Shown here piece by piece: positions 8,408 to 18,174 of a DNA stretch of 64,000 bases. The notes beneath the pieces were generated by a model that worked only from the letters and a program-made list of their open reading frames with translations, did no database searches and was not told where the DNA came from. Within the stretch, counting starts at the first letter, position 1. Each line of letters opens with the position of its first letter. The position numbers and the translations under genes are program-made. This stretch comes from Chloroflexota bacterium (GTDB taxonomy: Bacteria; Chloroflexota; Limnocylindria; Limnocylindrales; CSP1-4): NCBI GenBank assembly GCA_037446495.1, contig JBBIIL010000004.1, forward strand, positions 11,916-75,915, written 5' to 3'.

Positions 8408-9121
8408 TCAACCGCCCAGCAGGCTCACCACGAGGTCGCCTGCCAGCACGACGTTCCCGGCCGCGTCCACCCTCACCGATGTCACCTTCATCGGGACGTC
8501 CTCGCCCGCCCGCAGCAGCGTCACGGGCGCGATGCCGTCCGCGGTGGCGACGAGGTCCCCGCTCCCGTCCACGGACAGCGTTGCCGTCAGCAGCCTCGCC
8601 GACTTCACGACTACCTTGTCCGGCGCGCTGAGGTGGACGGCGGACGCTGGGACCGCCGCCCCGGTCACGGACGCGACCTCAGCGGCCACGAGCGCCTGCG
8701 CGTCGGCCACGGCGACCGTGGTCGTTGCCGTGACCTGTCCCCCGCCCCCAGCCAGGTTGACCGCCCCGAGGCCCAAGGGCTGCCCGGCGACATTGGGCAC
8801 CGTGACCCCCGTCAGCCGCCCGGCGACGCTGGCTGCTGAGCGGTCGAGGATCGAGGCGTCGAGCAGCGTCACGTCAAGCGCGCCGATGTGGAGGCCGCGG
8901 AACGTGGCGCTGGTGGCCCGCACCCGGACGCGATCGGCATGCAGCGAGAGCAGGTTCCAGGGAGGGTCAGCGGACACGCTGACCGTGATGTCGTCAGCCT
9001 GGAGGCCCGCCGCCTTGACGCCGGCCGTGAGCACGCCGGCCGCCACCGCCGGCAGGCCGATGAAGACGACGAGCGCCACGACGACAGCGGCCAGGCCGAT
9101 CGTGAACAGGCAGCCGCGCAC
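8408..9121 (-). CDS. DUF2993/LmeA-like membrane-anchored protein
   Basis: An N-terminal TM helix (CLFTIGLAAVVVALVVFIGL) is followed by a beta-rich repetitive domain (DDITVSVSADP...VRVRATSATFRGLHIGALDVTLLD). GTG 9121 lies 4 nt after the murE stop. The track start at 9439 is inside murE. Confidence 0.6.
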   Translation of the reverse strand: MRGCLFTIGLAAVVVALVVFIGLPAVAAGVLTAGVKAAGLQADDITVSVSADPPWNLLSLHADRVRVRATSATFRGLHIGALDVTLLDASILDRSAASVAGRLTGVTVPNVAGQPLGLGAVNLAGGGGQVTATTTVAVADAQALVAAEVASVTGAAVPASAVHLSAPDKVVVKSARLLTATLSVDGSGDLVATADGIAPVTLLRAGEDVPMKVTSVRVDAAGNVVLAGDLVVSLLGG

Positions 9122-9125
9122 TGCG

Positions 9126-10748
9126 TCAGGCGCCCCGGAAACCCAACTCGCCGAGGATCTCCCGGGCTGCCGCCGCCTCGTCCCATGGGACGGCGCCGGT
9201 CGCGTAGAGGATCGTGGGCTCATGGCCCTTGCCGGCAAGGAGCACCACGTCACCCGGGCGGGCCCGCCCGAAGGCGGCGACGATGGCAGCGCGACGGTCG
9301 GGGATCCCGAGCACGTCCTCGCCCGCACGCCTCCCGGCGGCAACCGCGCCGCCCACGATCTCCGCCACGATCGCCGCGCCGTCCTCGCCGCGCGGGTCCT
9401 CGTCCGTGGCCACGACCAGCCGGCAGCGCTCGCCCGCAATCCGGCCCATCACGGCGCGCTTCACGGTGTCGCGCTCGCCCGCGGAGCCGAACACGGCGAT
9501 CAGCCCGCCGCCGCCCGCCTGCGCCACAGGGGCCAGGATCTCGAGCACGCCCTGGAGCGAGGCCGGCGAGTGGGCGTAGTCCACGATCACCGAGAAGGGC
9601 TGGCCTTGCGCGATGCGCTCCATGCGCCCGGGGACGCCTTCCACCGCCGCGAGGCCGGCGCGGACCCGGCCCGGCGGCAGGCCCAGCGCCTCGCCGAGCG
9701 CCACGACGGCAAGCGCGTTGTGGACGTTGAACCGGCCCGCGAGCTGGAGGTCAAGCTCGGCGGCTCCCGACGACGCCACGTACTCGATGTGCAGTCGGCG
9801 GGCGTCCTCGTCGGCGGCCGTGGCGCGCACGTCCGCGTCGGCAGACCAGCCGTAGCTGGTGACCGGCGCGCCGGCGTCGGCGGCGGCCCGCTCGAACCAG
9901 GCCCGGTTCGGGTCGTCGGCGTTGATGACGGCAGTCTTGGGCCACGGGCTGCCCCGCACGGCCTTCCGCGGGTTCTCCGGTCCCTCCGCCAGCGCCCCGA
10001 ACAACCGGGTCTTCGCCTCGCGGTAGCGCTCGAAGGTGCCGTGGAGCTCAAGGTGCTCGTGGGTCAGATTTGTGAAGATCGCCGCGTCGTAGGCGGTGCC
10101 CAGCACGCGGCCCAGCTCCAGCGCATGCGATGTCGTCTCGACCACCGCCACGTCGTCGCGGGCCGCGACCATTGCCGCCAGCGTCGCCTGGAGCTCCGGG
10201 GCGCTCGGCGTGGTCACGTGCGCCTCGTGGCGCTCGCGGAGCCCGCCCAACCGCGTCTCCACGGTACCGATGAGCCCCGTCCGCAGGCCCGACGCCTCGA
10301 GCGCCGCGGCGGCGAGGAACGACGTGGTCGTCTTGCCGTCCGTCCCGGTCACACCTACGATCCCGAGATCGAGCGACGGGTCGCCGTACCACCAGTTCGC
10401 CGCGGCGGCCAGCCCCCGGCGGGTGTCGCGGACCACCACCTGGGGAATGGCGAGGCCGGGGATCTCGTGCTCGACCATCGCGGCCCCGGCCCCGGCGGCT
10501 GCCGCCCGCGCGGCGAACTCGTGGCCGTCGACGTGGAAGCCGTGCACCGCCACGAACAGCCGGCCGCCGCCCGCCTGCCTCGAATCCTCCGTCACGCCGA
10601 ACACGCTCCGCTCGGCGAGCGCCTCGTCCACCGGGCCGGCCAGCAGGTCGGCAGCCGCGAGCCGCTCCAGCATCCCGGACAGCGGCCGGCGCTCCCGCGG
10701 CCCGCTCCGGGCGATCAGGCGCTCGATCGGCGTGGCCTCGCCGGTCAC
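9126..10748 (-). CDS. murE: UDP-N-acetylmuramoyl-L-alanyl-D-glutamate--2,6-diaminopimelate ligase
   Basis: Mur ligase motifs are present: GVTGTDGKTTT, DYAHSP and GKGHE. The DNPR-equivalent reads DEDPRGE. GTG 10748 overlaps the upstream stop (GTGA). The 142 extra N-terminal codons in the track are Arg/Pro/Gly junk. Confidence 0.9.
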   Translation of the reverse strand: MTGEATPIERLIARSGPRERRPLSGMLERLAAADLLAGPVDEALAERSVFGVTEDSRQAGGGRLFVAVHGFHVDGHEFAARAAAAGAGAAMVEHEIPGLAIPQVVVRDTRRGLAAAANWWYGDPSLDLGIVGVTGTDGKTTTSFLAAAALEASGLRTGLIGTVETRLGGLRERHEAHVTTPSAPELQATLAAMVAARDDVAVVETTSHALELGRVLGTAYDAAIFTNLTHEHLELHGTFERYREAKTRLFGALAEGPENPRKAVRGSPWPKTAVINADDPNRAWFERAAADAGAPVTSYGWSADADVRATAADEDARRLHIEYVASSGAAELDLQLAGRFNVHNALAVVALGEALGLPPGRVRAGLAAVEGVPGRMERIAQGQPFSVIVDYAHSPASLQGVLEILAPVAQAGGGGLIAVFGSAGERDTVKRAVMGRIAGERCRLVVATDEDPRGEDGAAIVAEIVGGAVAAGRRAGEDVLGIPDRRAAIVAAFGRARPGDVVLLAGKGHEPTILYATGAVPWDEAAAAREILGELGFRGA

Positions 10749-11872
10749 TCGCGCCCTCGGCCAAGCTGCCGGGCGAGACGGCTCGTCACGCGGCCCGCCT
10801 GGTAGCGCCACGGACGGGCCACGCGCTCCTGCGCGCCCGCGAGCGCCACCCAGTGCGCCCCGAAGGATCGCTTGTGCTCGTACAGGCCGTACGTGGGCTC
10901 GCCGGGCACGGGCTCGCGCCGTGCGCCGACCACGTCCACGCCGCCCAGGTCCATCTCGGCACGGCCCTCGGCCAGGGCCAGCTGGATCGCGCGCCAGCGC
11001 AGCAGGTGCATGGTCCCGGCATGCGCCCGCCGCGTGTCCGCGACGTCCGCCGAGTGGGCCGTGGAGAGGCGGCGCCCGTGGCGGTACAGGACCAGGCCGC
11101 CGAGGAGCGCGCCGTCGTCGTGGGCCCGCGCCTCGAGGTAGACGAGGTGGCCGGCGGCCAGCGCCCGCTGCCACCAGGCGACGAACTCGTCGGGGCCCGC
11201 GAAGTCGAACCCGCGACGCTCGCCGGTGGCGCGAAGCATGGCGTAGAACCGGGCGAACGCGTCCCCCGCCGCCTCATCGCCGCCGGCATCCTGCGCGCCC
11301 TCGAGCGCCGACCCCGCCGCGTCCCAGCGCAGCACGCGCGTCTGGTCGCGCTCGGCACGGCGGATCCGCTGGCGGGTGGCCTTGGCGATGCCGTCGAGCA
11401 GCTCGGGCTCGCCGGCGCCCCGCAGGTCGAGGGCCGTCCGGTGGCGCGACGGCTGGATCTCGGGGATGGCGTGAAAGCCGGAGGCAGCGAGGGCATCGCG
11501 GTAGGCGGCATCGCCCGCGGCCACCTCGGGATCGGCGGCCAAGACGTCGATCCCCTGCCCGTCGAGGAGGCCCGTGACGGCGGTGAGCGCCTCGCCGACG
11601 GCCGCGCCCGAGCCGTCGCCGGTCCACGGCTCCCCCGCGCCGACGGGCCCGCGCGCGATGTACGCCGAACCGCCGCCGACAACTGGCCAGCGACGCTCCA
11701 ACACCAGCGCTCGCTGCTCTCCGATCGCGAGGAACCGCGGCCGCCAGCCCCGTGCCGCACGGTGCTCGGCCCAGGCCCGTGATTGCAGGATGTGCCCTCC
11801 CGGGGCATCCACCGCGGCGGCGTCCCAGCCGTCGAGCTCGGTGCCGGAGAGCTCGCGCACCGGAGTGGTCAC
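10745..11872 (-). CDS. FemAB-family peptidoglycan interpeptide-bridge aminoacyltransferase (paralogue 2)
   Basis: The FemX-like N-terminus is GGHILQSRAWAEHRAARGWRPRFL, and the C-terminal half is GNAT-like. GTG 11872 overlaps the upstream stop (GTGA). The track start at 12145 is an over-extension. Confidence 0.75.
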   Translation of the reverse strand: MTTPVRELSGTELDGWDAAAVDAPGGHILQSRAWAEHRAARGWRPRFLAIGEQRALVLERRWPVVGGGSAYIARGPVGAGEPWTGDGSGAAVGEALTAVTGLLDGQGIDVLAADPEVAAGDAAYRDALAASGFHAIPEIQPSRHRTALDLRGAGEPELLDGIAKATRQRIRRAERDQTRVLRWDAAGSALEGAQDAGGDEAAGDAFARFYAMLRATGERRGFDFAGPDEFVAWWQRALAAGHLVYLEARAHDDGALLGGLVLYRHGRRLSTAHSADVADTRRAHAGTMHLLRWRAIQLALAEGRAEMDLGGVDVVGARREPVPGEPTYGLYEHKRSFGAHWVALAGAQERVARPWRYQAGRVTSRLARQLGRGRE

Positions 11873-12951
11873 GCGTCGCCCCCGCCGTCGCCCTCGTAAC
11901 CCGCGGCCGTCTGACCGCCCGAGCCCCGCAGCCCGTGTCGCGCCCGCTCGACCCGGACGCGCGCCTTCAGCGCAGCCGAGTACGTGGTCCGGCCCAGCCG
12001 GTCGAGGATGAGGTCCCAGGCCCCGATGTAGCGGATCTCCCGCCCACCGAAGCCGGTCTTGAAGTGCGCGATGCCGGGGTGCGCGAGGCCCCACAGGTCG
12101 TAACTCGTGGCGCCCGACTCGCGCGAGGAGCGGATCGCCTCCCACTTGAGCAGGTAGTTGGCGCGCGAGTCGGCGCCCGCCCGTGTCATGCCGCCGTACG
12201 GCTCCACCACGCGGGACCCGGCCCGCACGAGGAGCAGCGTCGCGACGGGCGTGCCGTCCGCGAGCTCGGCGAACAGGAGGCGCGCGCGGCCGTCGGGGGC
12301 GTAGGCGTCCCAGACGTCACGGTATGCGGACGGCGATCGGATGAGGAACCCCGCCCGCTCGGCCGTCTCGCGGTAGATCGCGTAGAACTCCTCGAACCGC
12401 TCTGGGCCCGCGTCGACGATGCGCACGCCGCCGGCCCGCGCCCGGTTCACGTACTGGCGCCACTTCTTGCGCAGGTCGCCCCACAGCGCCGCCTCGTCGC
12501 CCGTGAGGTCGATGACGCGGGTCGTGTGGGGCTGGACGGGCGGGGCGTCGCGCCAGCCGGCGGCCCGGAGGGCGTCCCTGACCGCGCCGGCCTCGTCGGG
12601 ACCGGCGCCGCGCTCGACCTCGGGGTCGATGCGCAGGTGGCTCGCCCGCGAGCCCGCCAGGCCGGCCCGCGTGGCGGCGGTGAAGGCGCGAACGCTCTCC
12701 GCATCCCAGCTCGCGAGCACGGGCCCGCGAGGCGCGTACCCGAAGGCCCAGGGCAGCGGTCCAGCGCGGCGCAGCAGCACCTGGACGCCCGACTGCGCCC
12801 CGGGCACGAGGAGCCGCCTCGAGGACCAGCCGTTGACGGCCTTGACGCGGGCCCATGCGGAGAGCTGGAGGTAGGAGCCGCGCGGGTTGGCCTCCACCAG
12901 GGCGTCCCAGGAGGCCCGGTCGGGCTCGCGGAGGCCGGCGGCCGGCGTCAT
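11869..12951 (-). CDS. FemAB-family peptidoglycan interpeptide-bridge aminoacyltransferase (paralogue 1)
   Basis: 360 aa with GSYLQLSAWARVKAVNGWSSRRL... and ...YLLKWEAIRSSRESGATSYDLWG. The ATG at 12951 overlaps the murJ stop (ATGA). Confidence 0.75.
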   Translation of the reverse strand: MTPAAGLREPDRASWDALVEANPRGSYLQLSAWARVKAVNGWSSRRLLVPGAQSGVQVLLRRAGPLPWAFGYAPRGPVLASWDAESVRAFTAATRAGLAGSRASHLRIDPEVERGAGPDEAGAVRDALRAAGWRDAPPVQPHTTRVIDLTGDEAALWGDLRKKWRQYVNRARAGGVRIVDAGPERFEEFYAIYRETAERAGFLIRSPSAYRDVWDAYAPDGRARLLFAELADGTPVATLLLVRAGSRVVEPYGGMTRAGADSRANYLLKWEAIRSSRESGATSYDLWGLAHPGIAHFKTGFGGREIRYIGAWDLILDRLGRTTYSAALKARVRVERARHGLRGSGGQTAAGYEGDGGGDA

Positions 12952-14600
12952 CCGCGACCGCGACGGTGCGTGAGGTCAAGCACGATCCCGAGGATACGGC
13001 GCGGCTCCTCGATCCGCAGCGCCAGCGACGCGCCGAGCAGCACCGCACCGCCCGCCGCGGTGGCCAGGCAGAGCCGCACGAGCGCAAGCGCGAAGCCGGC
13101 GTTCACGCCCCAGAGGCTCACCAGCGCCACGGTCACGCCCCAGGCGACGAGCGCACCCGGCACGGCCGCGACCATGGACTTGGCCATGACCAGCCAGACC
13201 TCCCCGAGGCCGAGGCCGGGCAGGCGGCGCCCGAGGAGGACGACCAGGATCACGGTCTCGAGCCAGGCCCCGACCGCGATCGCCACCGCCAGGCCCGTCA
13301 GGCCGAGCGGGCCCACGAGCGCGACGCCCACGACGATGTTGACGCCCACGGCCACTAGCCCAGCGATCAGCGGCGTGGCCGTGTCCTGAAGCGCGTAGAA
13401 GGCGCGGGCGAGGACGGCGATCAGCGAGTGGGCCGTCAGGCCGAGCATGAACACGGCCAGTGAGACCGTGACCCAGCCCAGGATGGTGGCGTCGAGGTGG
13501 CCCAGGCCGTAGGCCTCGCGGACCACGTCGCCGGCCGCCGGGATGCCGAGCGCCGAGATGCCCAGCATCACGAACGCGAGCAGGCTGAGGCCCCGCACGA
13601 GCAGACGGTGGAACGCCGCCGTGTCGCCCGTCGCCGCCTCGCGCGAGAGGGAGGGCAGGAGCACCGTGCCCAGCGGAACCCCGATCACGCCGATCGGGAT
13701 CTGGAGCAGCGCGAACGCGAGCGTGAAGGCCGTGATGGAGCCGGTGGGCAGCGAGGTGGCCAGCGCGGTGACGACGAGGAACACGATCTGCGTCGCTCCC
13801 AGGCCGATGGTCCGCGGACCCATGAGCACGAGCGCCTTGCGCGTGGGCCCGTCGTCGAGGGCCACGGACGGCCGCAGGCGGGCGCCGATCGAGAGCAGCC
13901 CCGGGATCTGGACGACCAAGTGGCCGGCCGCACCCACGACGACGCCCACGGCGAGGCCGTTCACGCCCAGGACCGGCACGGCGAACAGCGCGCCGCCGAT
14001 GATCCCGACGTTGTAGACCAGCGGGGCGACCGATGCGGCCGCGAATCGGCCTCGGGCGTTGAGCGCCGCCGAGGCGATCGCACCGCCCGCCATGAACAGC
14101 GGACTCAGCAGCATGACCTTGGTGAGGTCCGTGGTCATCTGCAGCTTGGCGCCCGTGAACCCGGGCGCGATGAACGCGACGAGCTGCGGCGCGGCAAGCT
14201 CCGCGATCACGACCAGGACGAACAGCGCGCTGAGGATGAGCGTGGTGATGGTGGACACCACGCGCCACGCACGCCTGGTCTCCCCGGTGGCGAACAGGCC
14301 CGCGATCACCGGGACCAACGCGGACGCGACGGCACCCGCGGCCACCAGCTGGAACAGGAAGTCGGGGACCCGGAACGCGGTATTGAACGCGTCGAGACTC
14401 GCGGGATCGGGCACGGCCCGCACGATCGCGATGTAGCGCACGAAGCCCAGCACCCGGGAGGCCAGCGACGCCACCGTCACGATCAGCCCGGCGGTCACCA
14501 GCGCCCGCGTCGTGGACGAGCCCGCAAGGGTCACGCCTGGGGGCGCGATGGCATCCTCGAAGTCCTCGACGTTCACCGGGTCCAGGGTGGGCTCGTCCAT
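12948..14600 (-). CDS. murJ: Lipid II flippase MurJ/MviN
   Basis: The MurJ N-terminus reads LASRVLGFVRYIAIVRAV...FNTAFRVPDFLFQLVAAGAVASALVPV, and the rest is polytopic. ATG 14600 shares one nt with the xerC stop (TGATG). The 784-aa track ORF is over-extended by 234 codons. Confidence 0.85.
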   Translation of the reverse strand: MDEPTLDPVNVEDFEDAIAPPGVTLAGSSTTRALVTAGLIVTVASLASRVLGFVRYIAIVRAVPDPASLDAFNTAFRVPDFLFQLVAAGAVASALVPVIAGLFATGETRRAWRVVSTITTLILSALFVLVVIAELAAPQLVAFIAPGFTGAKLQMTTDLTKVMLLSPLFMAGGAIASAALNARGRFAAASVAPLVYNVGIIGGALFAVPVLGVNGLAVGVVVGAAGHLVVQIPGLLSIGARLRPSVALDDGPTRKALVLMGPRTIGLGATQIVFLVVTALATSLPTGSITAFTLAFALLQIPIGVIGVPLGTVLLPSLSREAATGDTAAFHRLLVRGLSLLAFVMLGISALGIPAAGDVVREAYGLGHLDATILGWVTVSLAVFMLGLTAHSLIAVLARAFYALQDTATPLIAGLVAVGVNIVVGVALVGPLGLTGLAVAIAVGAWLETVILVVLLGRRLPGLGLGEVWLVMAKSMVAAVPGALVAWGVTVALVSLWGVNAGFALALVRLCLATAAGGAVLLGASLALRIEEPRRILGIVLDLTHRRGRG

Positions 14601-15580
14601 CAGCTGGGGGCCCTCGCCCGTGGGTGGGCCTGACGATAGGCGTCGCGCAGCCGGGTTGGCGAGACGTGCGTGTAGATCTGCGTCGTGGCGAGGCTCTCGT
14701 GGCCAAGGAGCTCCTGTACCACGCGCAGATCCGCGCCACCCTCCAGCAGGTGGGTGGCGAAGCTGTGGCGCAGGGTGTGGGGCGACACGCCCTCGGGCAG
14801 GCCGGCCCGGCGGCACAGGCGGTCGATGCGGTACCGGAGTCCGCGCACGCCGAGCGGTCGCCCGTTGTGGTTGAGGAACACCGCCGTGCCGTCGGCTGGC
14901 TCGGGTGCTCCGTCCGCCGCGCGGGCGCGGGCCGCGAGGACGGGCCGGCCCTCCTCGAGGTACCCGGTGAGCGCCTCGCGGGCGGGCCGGCCCAAGAGGC
15001 CCACCCGCTCCTTCCGGCCCTTGCCCAGCACCCGCAGCTCGCCACGCCGCAGGTCGAGGTACCGAAGGTCTGCGGCCGCCAGCTCGCTGACGCGGAGTCC
15101 CGCCGCATACGCGGTCTCGACCAGGGCACGGTCGCGCAGGGCGAGCGCGAGGGCGAGCTCCGGGTTGCGGGTCGCCACCGCGTGGCCGTCGGCACCGACC
15201 GCGAGGTCCTCGTCCACCACGGCGATCAGCCGCTCCACCTGCTCCACCTCGAGCACGCGCGGGAGGCGGCGCGGGAGGCGCGGCGTTGCGACGGCGGCCC
15301 ACGGGTCCCCTGGCGTGAGGCCGGACCGCGACGCGTACCGGTAGAACGCGCGGAGAGCCGCCATGCGCTGGGCCACCGACGAGCGCGCGTGGCCCTCGGA
15401 CAGCTCCCCGAGGTAGGCGCGCAGCGTCGGCCGCGACGGTGTTCGCCAGTCGGCACCGGTTGTCGCGGCCCAGGCCAGCCAGGCGGCCACGGTGCGCTCG
15501 TACGAGCGGCGGGTCTCCGGCGAGGCGTCGCGCGCCTCGAGCGAGCGGAGGAACGCCCGGAGCGCCTCCGGGCCAGTCAC
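14600..15580 (-). CDS. xerC: Tyrosine recombinase XerC/XerD family
   Basis: SAM-like N-domain (RRSYERTVAAWLAW). The catalytic domain includes RDRALVETAYAAGLRVSEL and HTLRHSFATHLLEGGADLRVVQELLGHESLATTQIYTHV. GTG 15580 is 17 nt after the topA stop. The C versus D assignment rests on synteny only. Confidence 0.8.
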   Translation of the reverse strand: MTGPEALRAFLRSLEARDASPETRRSYERTVAAWLAWAATTGADWRTPSRPTLRAYLGELSEGHARSSVAQRMAALRAFYRYASRSGLTPGDPWAAVATPRLPRRLPRVLEVEQVERLIAVVDEDLAVGADGHAVATRNPELALALALRDRALVETAYAAGLRVSELAAADLRYLDLRRGELRVLGKGRKERVGLLGRPAREALTGYLEEGRPVLAARARAADGAPEPADGTAVFLNHNGRPLGVRGLRYRIDRLCRRAGLPEGVSPHTLRHSFATHLLEGGADLRVVQELLGHESLATTQIYTHVSPTRLRDAYRQAHPRARAPS

Positions 15581-15596
15581 GGGCGTGGGACCCGAC

Positions 15597-18068
15597 TCAC
15601 GAGGTCGAGCGGCGGGAGCCCGAGCCGGACTGGTCGGCGGGGGGCCGGGTGGACCGCCGAGTCGTGCCCCCGGACCGACCGCCGCCCCGTCGTCCGCCGC
15701 CAGCACCCGACCGCCGCGCCGGGCGCGCCAGCGCCGATGGATTCGCCGCACCGCCGGGCAGCCGCAGGCCCGGCGTGACGACTGCCGGGAGCTCGACCGG
15801 CGCGCCGCAGGTCAGGCAGATCCCAGCATCGCCACGCCTCGCCACGGCCCCCCGCCCGTCCTCGTGTGCGTCGTGGAGGGCGCCCGTAGGCTCGTCGTTG
15901 ACCGTGAAGTCGCACTTCGGGTAGGCAGAGCACCCCCAGAAGACGTTCCCCGTGCGCCGAACGCGTCGCGCCACGAGGTGGCCGTCGTTCTTCTTGGGGC
16001 AACGGACCTCGAAGGGGAGTTGGTCCGGGGGCGGCGGTCCGTCCTTCTTGATGTACGTGCAGTCGGGGTAGCGCGAGCAGCCCACGAACGCCCCGAACCG
16101 GCCGCGCTTGGTGGCGAGCACGCCCTCGCCGCACTCGGGGCACGGCTCGCCATCGCCCTCCAGCGTCGGCGTGTCCCCATCGCCCAACAGCGAGCGAGTC
16201 TCCTTGTGGTCCGGATACGCGGAGCAGGCGAGGAAGACCCCGTCGTTCCCCAGGCGGATGACCATGGGGTGGCCCTCGGAGCAGACGGTGTCCGTCAGCT
16301 CGACATCGAGGAAGTCCTTCCAGTCGCGGAGGAACGCAGCCATGACGTCAGCGCGCTTCACGGTCCTGCGGACCTCGGCCACCTGCCCGCTCAGCGGGCC
16401 GAAGAAGTCGCGCAGCAGCGGGACCCACTCGCGCTCGCCGTCGGCGATCTCATCGAGGTCCTCCTCCATCCGGGCGGTGAAGTCGAGCCGCACGTAGTCC
16501 TCGAAGTACGTCACCAAGAAATACGTGACGATGACGCCGACCAGTTCAGGAACGAGGCGCCGCTCGACCACCTTGACGTAGCCGCGATCGAGGACCGTGG
16601 AGATCGTCGCCGCGTATGTTGACGGCCGGCCGATGCCCTGCTCCTCGAGCGCCTTGATCAGCGTGGCCTCCGTGTAGCGCGGCGGCGGCTCGGTGAAGTG
16701 CTGCGTGGGGGTCACGGACTCGACCGTCGTGAGGTCGCCCTCGGCGAGTGGCGGGAGCGTGCGCTCGGCCTCGTCCTCGCCGTCATCGCGGCCCTCGGTG
16801 TAGACGCGGGCGAAGCCGTCGAACAGTGTGCGAGTGGCCGAGGCGCGCAGGCGGTAGGTGGCGGCCATGAGTTCGACCGTCGCGGTCTCGAGCTCCTTGG
16901 GCGCCATCTGCGAGGCGATCGCGCGCTGCCAGATCAGGCGGTAGAGGCGCAGCTCCTCGGGCTTGAGGTGGCCCTTGAGCGATTCCGGGTCCCGCGTGAA
17001 CGACGTCGGGCGAATGGACTCGTGGGCCTCCTGGGCACCCTTCTGCTTGGTCTTGTACACGCGGCCGCGGCCGGTGCCGTACTGCTTGCCGAAGCGCTCC
17101 GCGATGGCCTTCTGCGCCTCGGCCATCGCAACCCCGGCGATGGCGGTGGAGTCGGTTCGCATGTACGTGATGAGGCCGGCGTGGCCGTCAGGCGTGTCCA
17201 CGCCCTCGTACAGTCGCTGGGCGATCGACATGGTGCGCTTGGGCGAGAAGCCGAGCTTGCGACTGGCCTCCTGCTGGAGCGTGCTGGTGGTGAACGGCGG
17301 TGACGGATTGCGTTTGGACTGGCGCGTGGCCACCGAGTCCACGCGCGGCCGCTCGACGCGGATCGCGGCGGCATGGCGCTCGGCCGACTCCCCGTCGCCG
17401 ATGTCCACGGCCGCCCCGTCGACGCGGACGAGGTCCGCGGTGAAGGGCGTGCCGTCGGGGGCCAGGAGCGCGGCCTCGAGGGTCCAGTACTCGCGCGCGG
17501 TGAAGGAGCGGATCTCGCGCTCTCGCTCGACGACCATGCGGACGGCGACCGACTGCACGCGGCCCGCCGACAGCCCGCCGCGGACCTTGCGCGAGAGCAG
17601 CGGGCTCAGGGTGTAGCCGACGAGTCGGTCCACGATGCGCCGCGCCTGCTGCGCATCGACGAGGTTGCGGTCGATGTCGCGGGGATGCGCAAACGCCTCC
17701 TTGATCGCCCCCTCGGTGATCTCCGAGAACGTGACGCGGCGCGTCTTGCTCGCTGGCACCGATGCGGCCTCGGCCACGTGCCACGCGATGGCCTCGCCCT
17801 CCCGGTCGAGGTCGGTGGCGAGCCAGACGTCGACGGCCGTCCTGGCAGCCTTCTCGATCTGGGCCACCTGCCGCCGGCGGTCCTCCGGCACGACGTACTC
17901 CGGCGCGAAGTCGGCGTCCACGTCTACGCCGAACTTGCCCTTGCCCGGGTTCTCGGGCAGGTCTCGGACGTGACCGTACGACGCGAGGACCTGGTAGTCG
18001 GCGCCGAGGTAGCGCTCGATCGTCCGCGCCTTGGCTGGCGACTCCACGATGACGAGGTGCTTGGGCAT
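15597..18068 (-). CDS. topA: DNA topoisomerase I
   Basis: 823 aa. It has a TOPRIM N-terminus (MPKHLVIVESPAKARTIERYLG) and an active-site region (GLITYMRTDST). C-terminal Cys4 zinc-ribbon repeats are followed by a basic Arg/Gly tail. Confidence 0.95.
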   Translation of the reverse strand: MPKHLVIVESPAKARTIERYLGADYQVLASYGHVRDLPENPGKGKFGVDVDADFAPEYVVPEDRRRQVAQIEKAARTAVDVWLATDLDREGEAIAWHVAEAASVPASKTRRVTFSEITEGAIKEAFAHPRDIDRNLVDAQQARRIVDRLVGYTLSPLLSRKVRGGLSAGRVQSVAVRMVVEREREIRSFTAREYWTLEAALLAPDGTPFTADLVRVDGAAVDIGDGESAERHAAAIRVERPRVDSVATRQSKRNPSPPFTTSTLQQEASRKLGFSPKRTMSIAQRLYEGVDTPDGHAGLITYMRTDSTAIAGVAMAEAQKAIAERFGKQYGTGRGRVYKTKQKGAQEAHESIRPTSFTRDPESLKGHLKPEELRLYRLIWQRAIASQMAPKELETATVELMAATYRLRASATRTLFDGFARVYTEGRDDGEDEAERTLPPLAEGDLTTVESVTPTQHFTEPPPRYTEATLIKALEEQGIGRPSTYAATISTVLDRGYVKVVERRLVPELVGVIVTYFLVTYFEDYVRLDFTARMEEDLDEIADGEREWVPLLRDFFGPLSGQVAEVRRTVKRADVMAAFLRDWKDFLDVELTDTVCSEGHPMVIRLGNDGVFLACSAYPDHKETRSLLGDGDTPTLEGDGEPCPECGEGVLATKRGRFGAFVGCSRYPDCTYIKKDGPPPPDQLPFEVRCPKKNDGHLVARRVRRTGNVFWGCSAYPKCDFTVNDEPTGALHDAHEDGRGAVARRGDAGICLTCGAPVELPAVVTPGLRLPGGAANPSALARPARRSGAGGGRRGGGRSGGTTRRSTRPPADQSGSGSRRSTS

Positions 18069-18174
18069 GGCGGCCGGGAGTGTAGCATCGGGGCCTTCGC
18101 CCGCCCGTATCGCGGTTCGCTGGCATCAGGGCGGTCCCGGCCGGGGGCACCGACCGCGGCTGCGGCGCCGGTCG

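Noticed and set aside
5865-10805. A 1646-aa plus-strand ORF, the longest in the window.
   Set aside because: It runs antisense to rel, the DUF2993 gene and murE, all of which have unmistakable motifs. Its translation is low-complexity Arg/Gly/Asp/His/Leu sequence with no recognisable domain. Stop-free antisense frames are expected at this GC content.
14600-15580. The tyrosine recombinase as a prophage or integrative-element integrase marking a mobile element.
   Set aside because: The sequence is XerC/D-like (HTLRHSFATHLL...LGHESLATTQIYTHV). It is overlap-coupled to murJ and sits near dprA and comM, as in core actinobacterial synteny. There are no flanking att-like repeats, cargo genes or an adjacent tRNA.
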